Assembly: GCA_010093815.1 (NCBI GenBank)
Contig: ML996569.1
DNA: 64,000 bases
Strand: one strand, 5' to 3'
Source of the DNA: Pseudovirgaria hyperparasitica
Lineage: Eukaryota
Shown here: positions 24,961-36,997 of the stretch, in pieces
How the letters are laid out: the number at the start of each line of letters is the position of its first letter
Position numbering within the stretch: the first letter of the stretch is position 1
Translations under genes and position numbers: made by a program
The notes under the pieces: generated by a model
What the model was told of the DNA's origin: nothing
The model's database searches: none
What the model saw: only the letters and a program-made list of their open reading frames with translations

Positions 24961-26416
24961 TACCTACATTCACACTGACTCCTCCGTAAACTCGATACAG
25001 TACGTGCTGAGAAATGCCTCGTTGAGTTGAGCAAACCCGGAGGAGAGAGAAGGGGGCACACTCTGGTCCATCCCCCTCCCGGCCAGGGATACCAGGCAGG
25101 ATGCCTAATTACATCTCACACCAAAAGCTACCCTCTCAACTTTGTCCAATCGCATCACTTTCATAGCATCTGCGTGGGGCCGGGGGTTAATGAGCAGATT
25201 GATGGTTGGTCGGCATTGTTGGTATAGCTGGTATAGCTGGTAAGGCTGTTTTAGCTACAGTATTGTAGTACCGTATCCATTATCCATTATGCGAACACTA
25301 CGACCATCCATGCATCCATCCATGGGGCAATTCCCCACTCCCCCTCACCCGCCCGCCAGCTTAGACTATGGACGTTGTATGTGAACGAAACGTCGCTCCC
25401 GAGCGCTGTCTCGGAGGGACATACGCCTGTTTCGGAGCGCGTGAACCTTATACGCATACACATACAAACGCACACACAATCTCCGCGGAATCGCGCGTGC
25501 GGCACAGGCAGCACTTGCAACCAGTTGACTCGTCGTTGTAGCAGTAGTACAACAATGTACGAATAAATGTAGTATTATACCTCCCAAACTCCCTCCGAGG
25601 GAAATCCTAGCGCGATCCCGACAACGACTAACGACGTGGGGAAACCCTGTAATACCAGTGCAGAAAGTTCCGACAAACTCCATCATGACGAGGCGCATTC
25701 GTTGGTGGGGAAGGGAGGGCTGGCACGACATGAAGCAAGAGGTGTTGGGGAATGCGCATTGTGATTGGAAAACGCTGTACAGTCCGAGGGGAAGAGAGAA
25801 AGATTGAAGGGATGATTGATAGGTAATGAGGGGTAAGTATCAAGATTCATGAATCGCGGTTGTCTGGGGTTGAAGGGCTGGATGGTTGAGTGGATGAATG
25901 GGTACTAGTGGGGCTGCGTCTTGATGCATTCATCGGATGCGTTTCTTGGTATTGCGTGGTCTCTGTGATAGATAATTACATATCGTGGATGCGGGTACGT
26001 TTGTGTGGGGAAGAACATGATGGGTAATCATAATGGAAATTGAGAGGGTATATTCGCTAACTAGGAAAGAGCTATAGAATGCCCACACGACGTCGCCTGA
26101 TTGGTGAACAGAACAAGGAAAACGCTCCGTAAATGCCGTGACGCTATTGGTCGCAGGCTGTACGACTTCAACGCCTTTAGTCGTCCATACAGACCGGGCG
26201 CGGTGAAGAGAAATCCGATATACGCCTACACCGGCCGGTCAAGTTTTTGACTTGAAGAGGAAGGTTTACAAGCACGCATCGAGCGTGGTTCCATTGATTC
26301 ATCGCAGATATGCCATATGTGCCACCAGTAGATACCGTCCACGCCAACCAACAATGAAAGTCGTAAATATTGTACAGCAGAAGTCCAAATGGGTGATGAT
26401 ACAAGACACAGAAACA

Positions 26417-27004
26417 CTATAACGTCAGCTCAAGCCCAGACTTGATGCTTGACGCAAGTGCAACGCTACCAGACGAAGCTTCACTGCTGCGACGACGTCG
26501 TTGACCTTTCATCTCCATCTCGGCGTCCATAAGCTTGCCTTGCACAAACATACGGTAGTTGTCGTTGGTACGGACAGAGTCGGTGTTGAGGAGCTCTGTA
26601 AGGGCAGCCTTGATCTGCTGGTTGATATGGTAAAGCGCTCGACTATTCTCATTATCCACGTCTGGGTCGCTGACACTCCGAGCGCGAGAGGTGTGAGTAG
26701 GAGCAGGATACGAAGTCGGAGTAGATGTTGGGTGCGATTCGTGGTATGACGGCGGGAAGTCATAGCCCGAACGAAATCCCATAGGCGTTGACTGGGTAGA
26801 GCTCCATTCCGGTGGTGACGCGGCAAAGGGGCACGTGAAAGCTATTGAAGATTTTTGTAGTAGTTGCTCCTTTTGATTCTGGAGTGAAAGGTATTTTTGT
26901 AGACAGTCGTCGTTCTGGGAAATACTTAGTCAACTACTCAGGACTACGACAATAGCTGTGATACTTACGTTATACATATTGTATGTGGTGGAATCGGAAG
27001 CCAT
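26417..27004 (-). CDS. Small fungal hypothetical protein (two exons)
   Basis: MASDSTTYNMYN|GTAAGT intron with ACTAAG branch and CAG|NDDCLQKYL... joins in frame to the ORF ending 26417; helical core LYHINQQIKAALTELLN..VQGKLMDAEMEMK. Confidence 0.8.
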
Positions 27005-27674
27005 TATGAGGCAATAGTTTCGGTATCTTGATAGATGCTGTTAATAACGAGACCATGAGATGGTGAGAGTGTAGAACAGCAGTGGAGTTTGGTGGACTGA
27101 TGGAGAAGAAGGAGAACAGTTGCTGGGCCCTACGAGCTAGATATATTGGGGAAAGGTAGTACATACCTGAGTAAGCAAAGAAGGGAGGTAAAGCTCGAAG
27201 AAGTAGTTAATGGTTGGTCGGAATGGCGCGGGCAGGAAAATAAAGGCTGTAATTTTCCCGACAGGTAGGTATATGACAGTGGATGGTCGAAATGAATAAT
27301 GTTCCAGGGTTTGGACCATGGACGACGACGACGCTTGCGAAGGGATACGGAAGTGAAGAAAGCGAAGGGATCGATGGATGTCGGAGTTTGACTTGTCTGG
27401 GGCTGGTAGTGAAGGACGTCAATGGCGGATATATTAAATGTTGTTTTTTCGAAGGAGTGCGACGCCGTCTCCCAGAAATAGCGACAAAGCCCCCTAGAGC
27501 CTGCAACGTGGGGAGATTGGGATGACGTCGTGGGGGTGGTCTGAGCATGGTGAGCTTGAGACAGCCCTGAGTGAGAGAGCTGACACTGACACCACCACTG
27601 ACACCACCACTATCCATCCTCCCTCCCCCCAAAATCACTCTGCACCTCACCCAATGCTCATTCCAGTCTCATGT

Positions 27675-27773
27675 CCCATGCCCATTTCTATTTCCATTTC
27701 CATTCCTGTTCCTATTCCTGTTCCTATTTCGATCCCTATCCTTATCCCTATTCCCATTCCCATTTCCATTCCC
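27675..27773 (+). repeat. Degenerate hexamer (YCYATT-like) pyrimidine-rich tandem repeat
   Basis: About 16 units such as cccatt, tctatt, tccatt, cctgtt, cctatt. Confidence 0.85.
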
Positions 27774-29043
27774 GCTCGTATAACCACACCTAGAGCTGTG
27801 ATAGAAATATACGATAAGAGAAACAGGACACTTGTTCGCATGCATGGCCCATGTACTCTCCCAATTCGCCGCCGGTGAGTTGCACGCTTCCATGTCTGAC
27901 TGCTCGGCATGCGGCGTCATTCGGCCTTTCGAAGCCTGATTTACACGAAACACGCACACGCCATGCTTCTGATCGCTGTGTGGCAGGGAAACAGGCTTCT
28001 GCTTCGCTCCCCAGCGACGCATTGCATTCTGCACAAGAAGGCCAGACCCGTTCCAAGACCGCTCAGTATGCAGCAAAGGCACAGCGACGCAGTTGCATGT
28101 GCGTTATCAGTGTATTACTGCAATTCTCTGTCGCAGCACACCAAAGTGATCGCCGAGTTGCTGATTGGCAGACGCAGGTCGATCGATGCCTGGAACGAAA
28201 TTCGAGCCACGTGATGCTCGTGTTATTGCATGATTGACTGCATCATGTAGGATCTTCATGCCAGATGTAATCTTTTACGCAGGTACGACCCGAGGTTGTA
28301 TTAACTTTGTGGTGCCCAACAGCCTGGCCTCCTTTGTGGTCAAGGTATGTGGTAAAGTATCATTATACTGTACTAACAGTGAGTGTCGGTGTCAGTGTTA
28401 GACCACCCTTAGCAGTCCCGCTGCCCGGGATCGCGGCGACTTTCCGCTGCTCCTTGACCCACCAGGCTGAAAGTGCTGCTGCACTTTGCATGCAGTCGTT
28501 ATTAACCATCGTTGCCGTGGTTCTTCACGTTATGGACTGTATCTTAATTGCTCACTCATCAGTCATCCACTGGTACTGGTATAGTTCTTCATCGTCACCG
28601 TTCGTGACCAGGTCTGCTAGCCCAGCACCGGGCCAGGTTTGCCTATTAGCCAACTTCACTTGGTATGACAGATGACGTCGACAGGCTGACCATTTTTGTT
28701 TCACCTTCACTCGTTACTTTGCACCAGTAGCGCCTGTCTGTAAACGTAAGCCGTTGAAACTGCCTCGCCAGGCTTGTCAATCATGTATACTGCTCGAGAG
28801 CTGTACGCCATTCCAACACTGAGCACCTGGATTTTTGTGATCACCCGTCAGCCAGATACTGTGCTGGGCGCGGTGCACACTGTTGGCACCAATGGATTCT
28901 TCAGCCTGACTCCCACCCACCACCGAGATACAGGATTGTGATTCTCAACTTTCATGGCGCGGGTTCGCGGAAGTCGCCTACAGCTGCTGTTGGCAGCTCG
29001 ACAAGACCGGGTTGACGTGGAAGACCCCTGCACTCCTCTGATT

Positions 29044-29781
29044 TTACGATACGCCATCGTGGAGAGGCGGACTGTCGAAGCGACCAGCCCAGAATCCCTT
29101 GCCGTAGCTGACAAGAATTTCCTCGCCTTTGGCGATACCTTTTGATTTTTTGCCAGCCTTCCCGGCCGCAAGTACAAATATCCCAACTCCCTGCTGGAGC
29201 TTTCCACGTCCCATATCAACCCAGATGTCTCTGAACTCGGCATTTGGCCCGGAGGCGATGCCACGGTAGTCATTCGTGAATCTCGCCTCGTTTCCCATAT
29301 TAGTAGCATCTATCGCAACCCCAAACTCTCGTTCGAGCGAGATATCGTAGTCTGAGACCGGGTCTGTATCGTTCTCCCCGTGGACAAAGCCTATATACGG
29401 CAGTATGAAGGCCGATGGCTGGAGATGCTGGGCTGCGAAGAGTCCGCACTGTCCATTAGCAGGATGTGAAATGTTGGATATCCGCGTTATACGGACTTTT
29501 TGGGAGGGTCCGCGGTCGTGTGGAGTAATCGATATATGCGGTTCATCGCTTATGTTCTTGAAGAGCGCCTGTTTGGTGTCCGTGAGCAGCAAAGATGAAT
29601 ATATAGGCTGATCAATAAAGGTCACATTCGATGGCCATGATTTTGGTAGTTGTAGCGATGATACTAGCTTGGGAGAGAAGTTGGACGGTTTTTTCGCTCT
29701 CTGGTGGGCCATTCTGCTGCAATAGCTTGTCGCTACTCGCCGGTGTACCACCGCATAATCAAGAGTAGAGCGTGGATGCAC
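29044..29781 (-). CDS. Stand-alone SET-domain protein (putative lysine methyltransferase)
   Basis: GQCGLFAAQHL, YIG, AIDATNMGNEARFTNDY, IAKGEEILVSYGKGFW. True start may be the downstream MAHQR (29712). Confidence 0.85.
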   Translation of the reverse strand: MHPRSTLDYAVVHRRVATSYCSRMAHQRAKKPSNFSPKLVSSLQLPKSWPSNVTFIDQPIYSSLLLTDTKQALFKNISDEPHISITPHDRGPSQKVRITRISNISHPANGQCGLFAAQHLQPSAFILPYIGFVHGENDTDPVSDYDISLEREFGVAIDATNMGNEARFTNDYRGIASGPNAEFRDIWVDMGRGKLQQGVGIFVLAAGKAGKKSKGIAKGEEILVSYGKGFWAGRFDSPPLHDGVS

Positions 29782-31204
29782 AGCTATAAGCAGAAGTGAG
29801 TCTCAGAGCTTACAACACAGGTAGGAGTAAAGAAGATAGATAGACCACCCGCATCAATAATATATAAAATAGCAAACTGAACGAGTGTTGAATGAAGGGC
29901 GTAGCCGGGCACAAGTGATGGGTTTGTGCTGGGTTCTGCCGCCCTCTCTACGCTAGAACTAATCCGGCAACAAGCAATTAGCTGGTACAGTATATACTAT
30001 TATCATATAACCCTTCCATCCATACACTTCCATCGTTCCTCCGTCCACTTCCACTACAGAGCATGACATGAAAAACTTTTATTCCTCAAGGAGGATTCCA
30101 TGCCGCTGCAGTCACCCACCACGTACACAACCAGTCATGTTTGTTTCCGTGCTACGACAGGAGTCACTCGTTTTGGACCACCGTCATCGGAATATGGAGA
30201 CTAGTCTCTCCTTCAGCTATCATACGAACATGGATTCGTAGGTGCTTCGCCGTCCGTGATTAGAACAGCTTTATCGACGCCCCCCAACATCCTCGTATCG
30301 CGCGCGATTTTCAGACAACGGTACCCGGTATCCAAGTGCACTCGGACCGGATTGTGATAAAGAATACATCAGGTTGCAAGGTTGCACCACTTTCAAGCCT
30401 GCCTGGACGAGTGAATCATGCAGGAACCCGTTCAGCCAGGTGCTTGACACAACCAATCACCGAACTGGCATGCATATATGCGCTCTAATGTGGTTCTACT
30501 TTAGGTTCTTGGGAGCCAGACTGAGCACGATTCGCCGAGGGTCTTCAGCCTTCCTCCACAAGTCTTTGCATGTTCATAATCATTAGCAACGAGCATTTGG
30601 AGACCGTTATGGTGAAAGTTTCAACGTAGAATATCAGCCAGGACTCATGAAAACGTGCAGGAGCGGCAGATGTATATATGTTAACGGCAACTCAACGATC
30701 CACAACACCGTTGCTATAGAACGACCTACATATGTCAAGAGCCTGTCGCCAGACGTTCCACGGGGGAGCTACTCACTCTCGACCCAGTCACGACTGCATC
30801 TGTAAGACGAAGAAGCAACTGCATCTGTGGTACTCAACACTCAGTCGGCGATAGCATACTCTCGAGACCAAACGGACACTTATAGCACGCTCAGAGACTG
30901 ATGAGGTAGAGTAATTCTTGTGATACACTTTTCATTATTGGGCTGTAAGAACTGCTGTCGATTCTAATTTCCTGATGCTTGATTGCCAGCTGAGCCGTAC
31001 CATATATCCCTGTACCTGTTACTTGTGCATGTCCTGGGAAAGGCCATCCATACTACTGTAAGACTTCTGATTGTATCGGATCCACCGCTGCAACTGCCCA
31101 ATGCTACATACTCCTTTCCTTTTTAGATGGTAAACCCAAACGCCATACTCGGCAGGCTTTATCCATGGGCTTCCAACCTGGTACGCTAGCAGGCTCGTAT
31201 TATG

Positions 31205-31211
31205 TATAAAA
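31205..31211 (+). promoter_or_regulatory. TATA box of ccg-6-like gene
   Basis: TATAAAA followed by a CT-rich tract, about 160 nt upstream of an ATG in strong CAAAATG context. Confidence 0.6.
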
Positions 31212-31367
31212 CAGTCTCTCATCTTGTTCTTCCATCTCTTTTCTCTTTCACCACACTCTCGCTCACTACACTACACCAGTACACACCGACTTCGCTCGCT
31301 CACCAACCTCTCCTCACATCGTTAACTCTACTACTTAATCAGTAATCCCCAAACAATCATTTTCAAA

Positions 31368-31859
31368 ATGCAGTTCTCCTTCGCCGTCGCGGCCGCTGCT
31401 CTCCTTGCATGCGTTGCTGCCAGCAAAAACGGTACCGCCCCGGTATATGTCACTGAGGTAGTCACTGCGTACACTACCTACTGCCCAAATCCCACCGAGA
31501 TCACCCACGGCACGAATACCTGGACTGTCACCAAGGTAAGCTCAAGTGATCCGTCTAGGCGATACGTTCCATTTCTGACTGCAGATTAGGCCACAACCCT
31601 CACAATCACGGACTGCCCTTGCACAATTACCAAGCCGGTTGTCCCAACGGCAGCTCCTCCAGCTCCTCCAGCTCCTCCAGCTCCCCCAGCCAACAACGGT
31701 ACTATTCCAGTTGTTCAGCCATCCGTCCCGGCCTCCAAGACCGTCCCTGTCGCTCACACTGGTGCCACTCCCATCGCTACCTTCACAGGTGCTGCCAACA
31801 ACCTCCAGGCCGGTGCTGGTCTTGCGGCTGCTGTCGGTCTTGCTGCTTACGTCCTGTAA
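31368..31859 (+). CDS. Ccg-6/Mmc-like secreted, probably GPI-anchored cell wall protein
   Basis: Signal peptide; VTEVVTAYTTYCPNPTEITHG..TVTK|ATTLTITDCPCTITKP (intron 31536-31589); (APP)n; hydrophobic GPI-type tail FTGAANNLQAGAGLAAAVGLAAYVL*. Confidence 0.9.
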
Positions 31860-33029
31860 AAAGCTTCAACCAAAACATTGATGGGTGTACGTCAGCTGTG
31901 ACTTGGCTTACGGCTTGCATCAATCAAGACATGCGAGCTGCATAGCCAAGCAGAACTGGAGAACGGAGTAGGATGATCTGAACAGCATTCAAGTTCGAAG
32001 GTGGTAATTGTATCTAATGCACACTGATTGTCACAAAGATGTGTATGGAGGCGAGAGACGTGTCTGTATTGCTTTTGAAATAATAATACTCTATAGATAT
32101 AATAGAAATTATGACAATTGTCAATCTGACATGTTTACTCGCTGGACTGTCTGGATCTTAGTATGAAGCCATGTTCTACTAAAGCACCCCTAGGCCAACA
32201 ATACTTTGTAGCACGCACTCTCTTGATCTAGCCATATTTTCCCCAATACAGCACATACGTGTATTTCTGTTACGCTGAAGTGTTCCAGATGTCCACCGAA
32301 CCTCCACGACATTCCGTCCCCAAGTCCCAGTGCACCAAGCACCGACCATACGTTCACACTGGCCCCGGTACAGCTAGCCGAGACACAGGCAGGGGTTCGG
32401 AAATTAGGAGGCTTGCGTGACTGTAGGGCTAACATCTGCATGTGTTTATCGCCGGATGACGACGACAACCATCGTCCTCATCAAGTATGGCGAATGCTAG
32501 GTTATTGATAGGCGATTGAGCCAATCGGACTTGAATCGATGTAACCTAGCCGTAGGTAGTATGCTCCCTGGCTGCTTTGCTAATTATATGAATATTGCCG
32601 TCAGCTGAGATCAGGCTGTGCAACAAACGTGCAGGTCTGCATTTGGTACTGTGCATTTGCCTGCCCTAATTAGGTATTTATTACTCTATCGAAAAGAAAG
32701 GAGAGAAGAAGAAAAATCAATCGCCCCTACTTACTGGGAGCCATACTACTATATGTATGTATGTATGTATCCTGATGATTGCGTTATATCCATGCTATCG
32801 CTTCGCTTATGGATTAGCGTAGTCTAGTTCGTCTACTGCTAGGTAGGTACTACTAATAATACCACTAGGTAATTATTACTACGGCGAGGTAACTAGGTAC
32901 TAGGTACCAGGTATATATAACCTGCCGTCTGCATGCTCAATTGTCGGCAATGGATGGAGCGTTAGAATATTGACATGCGCAATTTCCCACCCGCAGGTAG
33001 GCAGTGCGGGGGGCGTAGGTGCGGTGCAT

Positions 33030-33050
33030 GTCGTGTCGTGTCGTGTCGTG
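33030..33050 (+). repeat. (GTCGT)n pentanucleotide microsatellite
   Basis: gtcgtgtcgtgtcgtgtcgtg. Confidence 0.8.
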
Positions 33051-33644
33051 TTCTGGCGAGAGTGAGTCGGTTCATGTGATATAATGAATACCACCACGTT
33101 GGAAACCAAATCTTCCGATTGTTGTGTCTGGTGGAAAGGAGAGGAGCAGAGCAGAGAGTGAGACTGTCGTCGTCGTCGTCGTCGAGATTATCTTTGCGGG
33201 CTCGGAGAGCGGTGCGTAAATGAACGAAGCGAAGCGGGGCTTTGCTTGGCTGTGGTGATGGATGCATGGATCGTCAGGTACAAGTGTGCGTAGAGTGGAT
33301 GCATGCTGGGCAACGGTGGGCGAGGTTGGGGCAGGTATCAGTCATTGAAGACTGTCAGATTTCCTGCATATTGGGAGAGAGTCTTCGACTACAATGACAA
33401 GTCTCTTCCCCGTGTTACTTAGTTATTGTACTCCTATGTGCCCAAGGATACTCGAAATATCGAACTTATTGGCAGTCCTCATGCGGACGATTGGACTTCT
33501 CGAATATAATAGATCCGTGGCGGAAGGTTCCGCGTAACACCTCGCGTCATAGGGTACCCCACACCGGAACTGATGCGCGGGGGGCTTTATCGACTTCTAT
33601 GCCTAAGAAGAGAGAGACCTGTGTTTTCAAGATCAATCAGCACC

Positions 33645-34680
33645 ATGTCAATTCAAAAAGTCGCCTTGATCACAGCGGGTACTGCCGGTCTGGGCGCAGC
33701 TGTAGCTCGCGTGCTTGCTCCGGACTTCCGAGTAGTAAGTGTCCCTGGCCATGAGTCCTTATAGCATTGTGAATGTGTGATGCAGAACAATTAATGTGAC
33801 TGAAGGTTGTCAACTATGCCAACAACTCGTCGCGAGCAGAGGCTCTTCTCGAGGAACTATCCGGCATACCCAGTACAGTCCAACATTCTCAGGCACCTCG
33901 CTTTCACGCCATCAAAGCAGATGTTGGAGATAAGACAGCTGTACAAAACATGGTAGCCGAGACCATCAAGACTATGGGCAGACTCGACGTCGTTGTCTCG
34001 AATGCAGGCTGGACGAGAATAACGGACTTCACGAACCTGGACGAGGGCGTCATTGACGAGGACTGGGATAAATGCTTCCTTTACAACGTCAAGACTCATC
34101 TATGGCTTCTGTATAGTAGTAAACAATACCTCGATGAGACAGAGGGTACTTTCATCTCTACAGCCAGTGTTGCTGGAGTGAAACCAAGCGGGAGCTCTTT
34201 GGTGTGTAGACTTGTCACGAAAAAGCTAGCTGGAATTGACATCAGATCTAGCCATATTCCGTGACCAAAGCCGCGCAAATCCATCTGGCTAAGGCTCTCG
34301 CTGTAATATGCGGTCCCAAGATCAGGGTGAATTCGGTATCGCCAGGATTGATGTTGACTGTGGGCGGTCTAATACCTGCATATGCTTCAGGGCTAATGGT
34401 GTCCAGGAATGGGGCATGAAATTCCCCGAATCGAAGAGAGAAGCGGCGAAAAATAGTACAAAGCTCAAGCGTCTGGCCACTCCAGAGGTTCGTGAAATGC
34501 CATATAACATTGCAGACCCGCTTCGCTGACGTCTCAGGATGTTGCTGATCAAGTGCGAACGCTTGCAATCTCCAGGTCTGCCACTGGGCAGAACATCTGC
34601 ATCGATGGAGGTAAGCATAAACAGCCCTTGAGAATTTGGATTCAATACTGAATGCTGGTATATCAGGCTCATCGTTGTAG
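33645..34680 (+). CDS. Short-chain dehydrogenase/reductase
   Basis: ALITAGTAGLG, LDVVVSNAG, catalytic YSVTK, IRVNSVSPG, TGQNICIDGG; about five introns. Confidence 0.92.
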
Positions 34681-35507
34681 CGGATTCAAACGGGGGCTTT
34701 CTGGTAGCACTTGATTTAAAGAGCATGTCCGTGGACTTTTAGTCACGTCGGACCCATATGCTTGAGCTTGATGTATGCATAGTGATATTCCGTCAATACC
34801 TCTTTCGAGATGTAATATCTTGAGGGGTCTCATAATGCTGTCAACGCAGCACATACGTATGAAGTGACTGCTTGTTATGTTCTAAGCTTTCATATATGAG
34901 GGGGTGATGTTCTTATTAGTCAACTAGCATGAATGACATCGATGCAGGTCCTAGAAAGGATAATGTGGTGTCACAGGCTTCAATAGTTGTCTGCTCGCAG
35001 CAAACTCTTATCTCTTTGCGAGGAATGCCCGTGGACGAATACATCGGAGACCCCCGGCTTATCGTGGGTGGCATGTCTCAGCGAGCCCAAAAGTAACACA
35101 AAGGCTGCACAGGCTGGCAATGGAACAATGAGACGATTGTCTACGAGGGTGTATGGAGAACGGCGATAGTGATGGTTCTATGAGTCAGTGAATACTAGAT
35201 GACCAAAAGTTCGTGCCGATGAATGAGAGTGCTGGCTTCACAATTAACATTAACCTTTTGAGGAGGCTGTGCACGGTGAGTGGCGAAGGTCAGAGGAAAT
35301 GTCACTAGCCCCGTTTCTGCCTGGCGTCGCCCGCCTCTTTGCCTTCTTGCCCAGCCCTCCATTCCGACTCCTTCTCTCCTTCAACGAACCACCAACAACC
35401 ACTCTCCACTCCACTTTCTACGATCCAAGTCACCACCAGCCGCGGCTATCCCCCAGAAACCCTCAGTTCAACAACACCATCAAAGGGTTACAGCAAAACT
35501 CGAGTTT

Positions 35508-36281
35508 ATGTCAATCATCGAGAATCTCAAAGACAAGGGTAAGTGTGTTGCCCCGCTTCTGACGGCCCCTCCGATGGCTCTTCGCCGCGTCGCTTGAAGT
35601 ATTTCAGGATGCTCGCGTTACGATGCTTTCGTGCTTGGAGGCGTTACGAATCGTGTCATATATATTTGAAGTAGAGAATTGTGTACTAAGTATCCGCTCA
35701 GACCCGTTCGCCGAGGCCGACGACGACTCTGGCGAGAAGGTCCACAAGTCCCAGGACTACATTCATATTCGTATCCAGCGTAAGTTTAGCAAATCTTCCA
35801 CACAAATACCTACTGTGTATTCCTGTATATCGAGCTTGGTCAAGCTACTCGTCGCTAACGATGTCGTCTGCAGAGCGCAATGGTCGTAAGACCCTTACTA
35901 CTGTCCAAGGTTTGAACAACCAGAAATTCAACTTCGATCTGATTATCAAACACTTCAAGAAGAAGTTCGCTTGTAATGGTACTATCGTCCCGGAAAGCGT
36001 CGAAGACAAGAATGCCGAGCTAGACGCCAAAGCCGACAAGAAGTCGGACGACGAGGCCGAGAAGAAGGATCCCAAGAAGTCTGAGAAAAAAGACAAGAAG
36101 AAGAAGAGCACCCACAAAGAGGTGATTCAACTTCAAGGTGACCAGCGCAAGAACGTCTATGAGTTTCTTACCTCCAAGGACTTCTTGAACATGGACGCCA
36201 AGACTATCAAAGTAAGTCTCTTTTATAGCGACTTGCCCAGGCAACTTAATACTAACGACATCCAAGGTCCACGGTTTCTAA
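35508..36281 (+). CDS. SUI1: Translation initiation factor eIF1 (153 aa, with charged insertion)
   Basis: Exons 35508-35538, 35702-35779, 35874-36211, 36267-36281: MSIIENLK..DPFAEAD..YIHIRIQQRNGRKTLTTVQG..KKKFACNGTIV..EVIQLQGDQR..IKVHGF*. Confidence 0.95.
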
Positions 36282-36997
36282 GCAACAAATGCTCTGAGCC
36301 CCCGAAACAGCTAAAAACAGCGGCTGACTCACTCGGTACTCCGCCGATGGGCAACAGTGCATATCGGGGCACAGAAAAGAGCCAGACGCTTATGAGTTAA
36401 GGCTTGACATTCGGCCCAATCAGGGATTTCGTCTATCGTTTTCAAGCAACCATCAATAACTTTGCTTTACTTCGGTCTTTATAAGGGCTCACAGGTTATC
36501 TTTCGCGAGCAGCCGGATTCCTAAGGAGGGTACGTCCCAGGGTTTGGGGGCTCGGTGCGCAACGTAGATATACCTTGTGACTCGTAACAATATGGACATC
36601 ATGACTTTGAACCAAATTTCCAACAGCCATAAACCAAGTGAACACTCCTCGATCAATCAAGAGCTCTAACCCGTTTTATACTGTCCCACAGATCATATAA
36701 ATGAAGTATTGCAGATTTCCATCGTTTTCACAGTTTAACACGAAGAGCATCTCTCCTTTAATCAAACTCACCTCTGTTCTAAGAGTGATCATTCATGGCA
36801 TACATTTCGAAAATTGGTGCTCTAGGGAAGCTGGACAACTGCACATGTAGCACCGGCTGACTGATGATGTTGCAGGAACCGACTGCATTAAATCTAATAT
36901 CACAAGATATTGAAGTTACATAAGCAGTTAATAGCTGCTTCAATCCTACGCTCTATGCGTGACGCCTAGTTATGCAAGTCGACCTTCCAGCTTGCAC

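Noticed and set aside
27647..28082. Minus-strand ORFs with GN/RN/GI repeats
   Set aside because: Explained by the hexamer repeat, which lacks stops in several frames.
32830..32920. TA-rich stretch with repeated CTAGGTA, possible RIP-mutated relic
   Set aside because: Too short, with no terminal repeats or transposase remnant.
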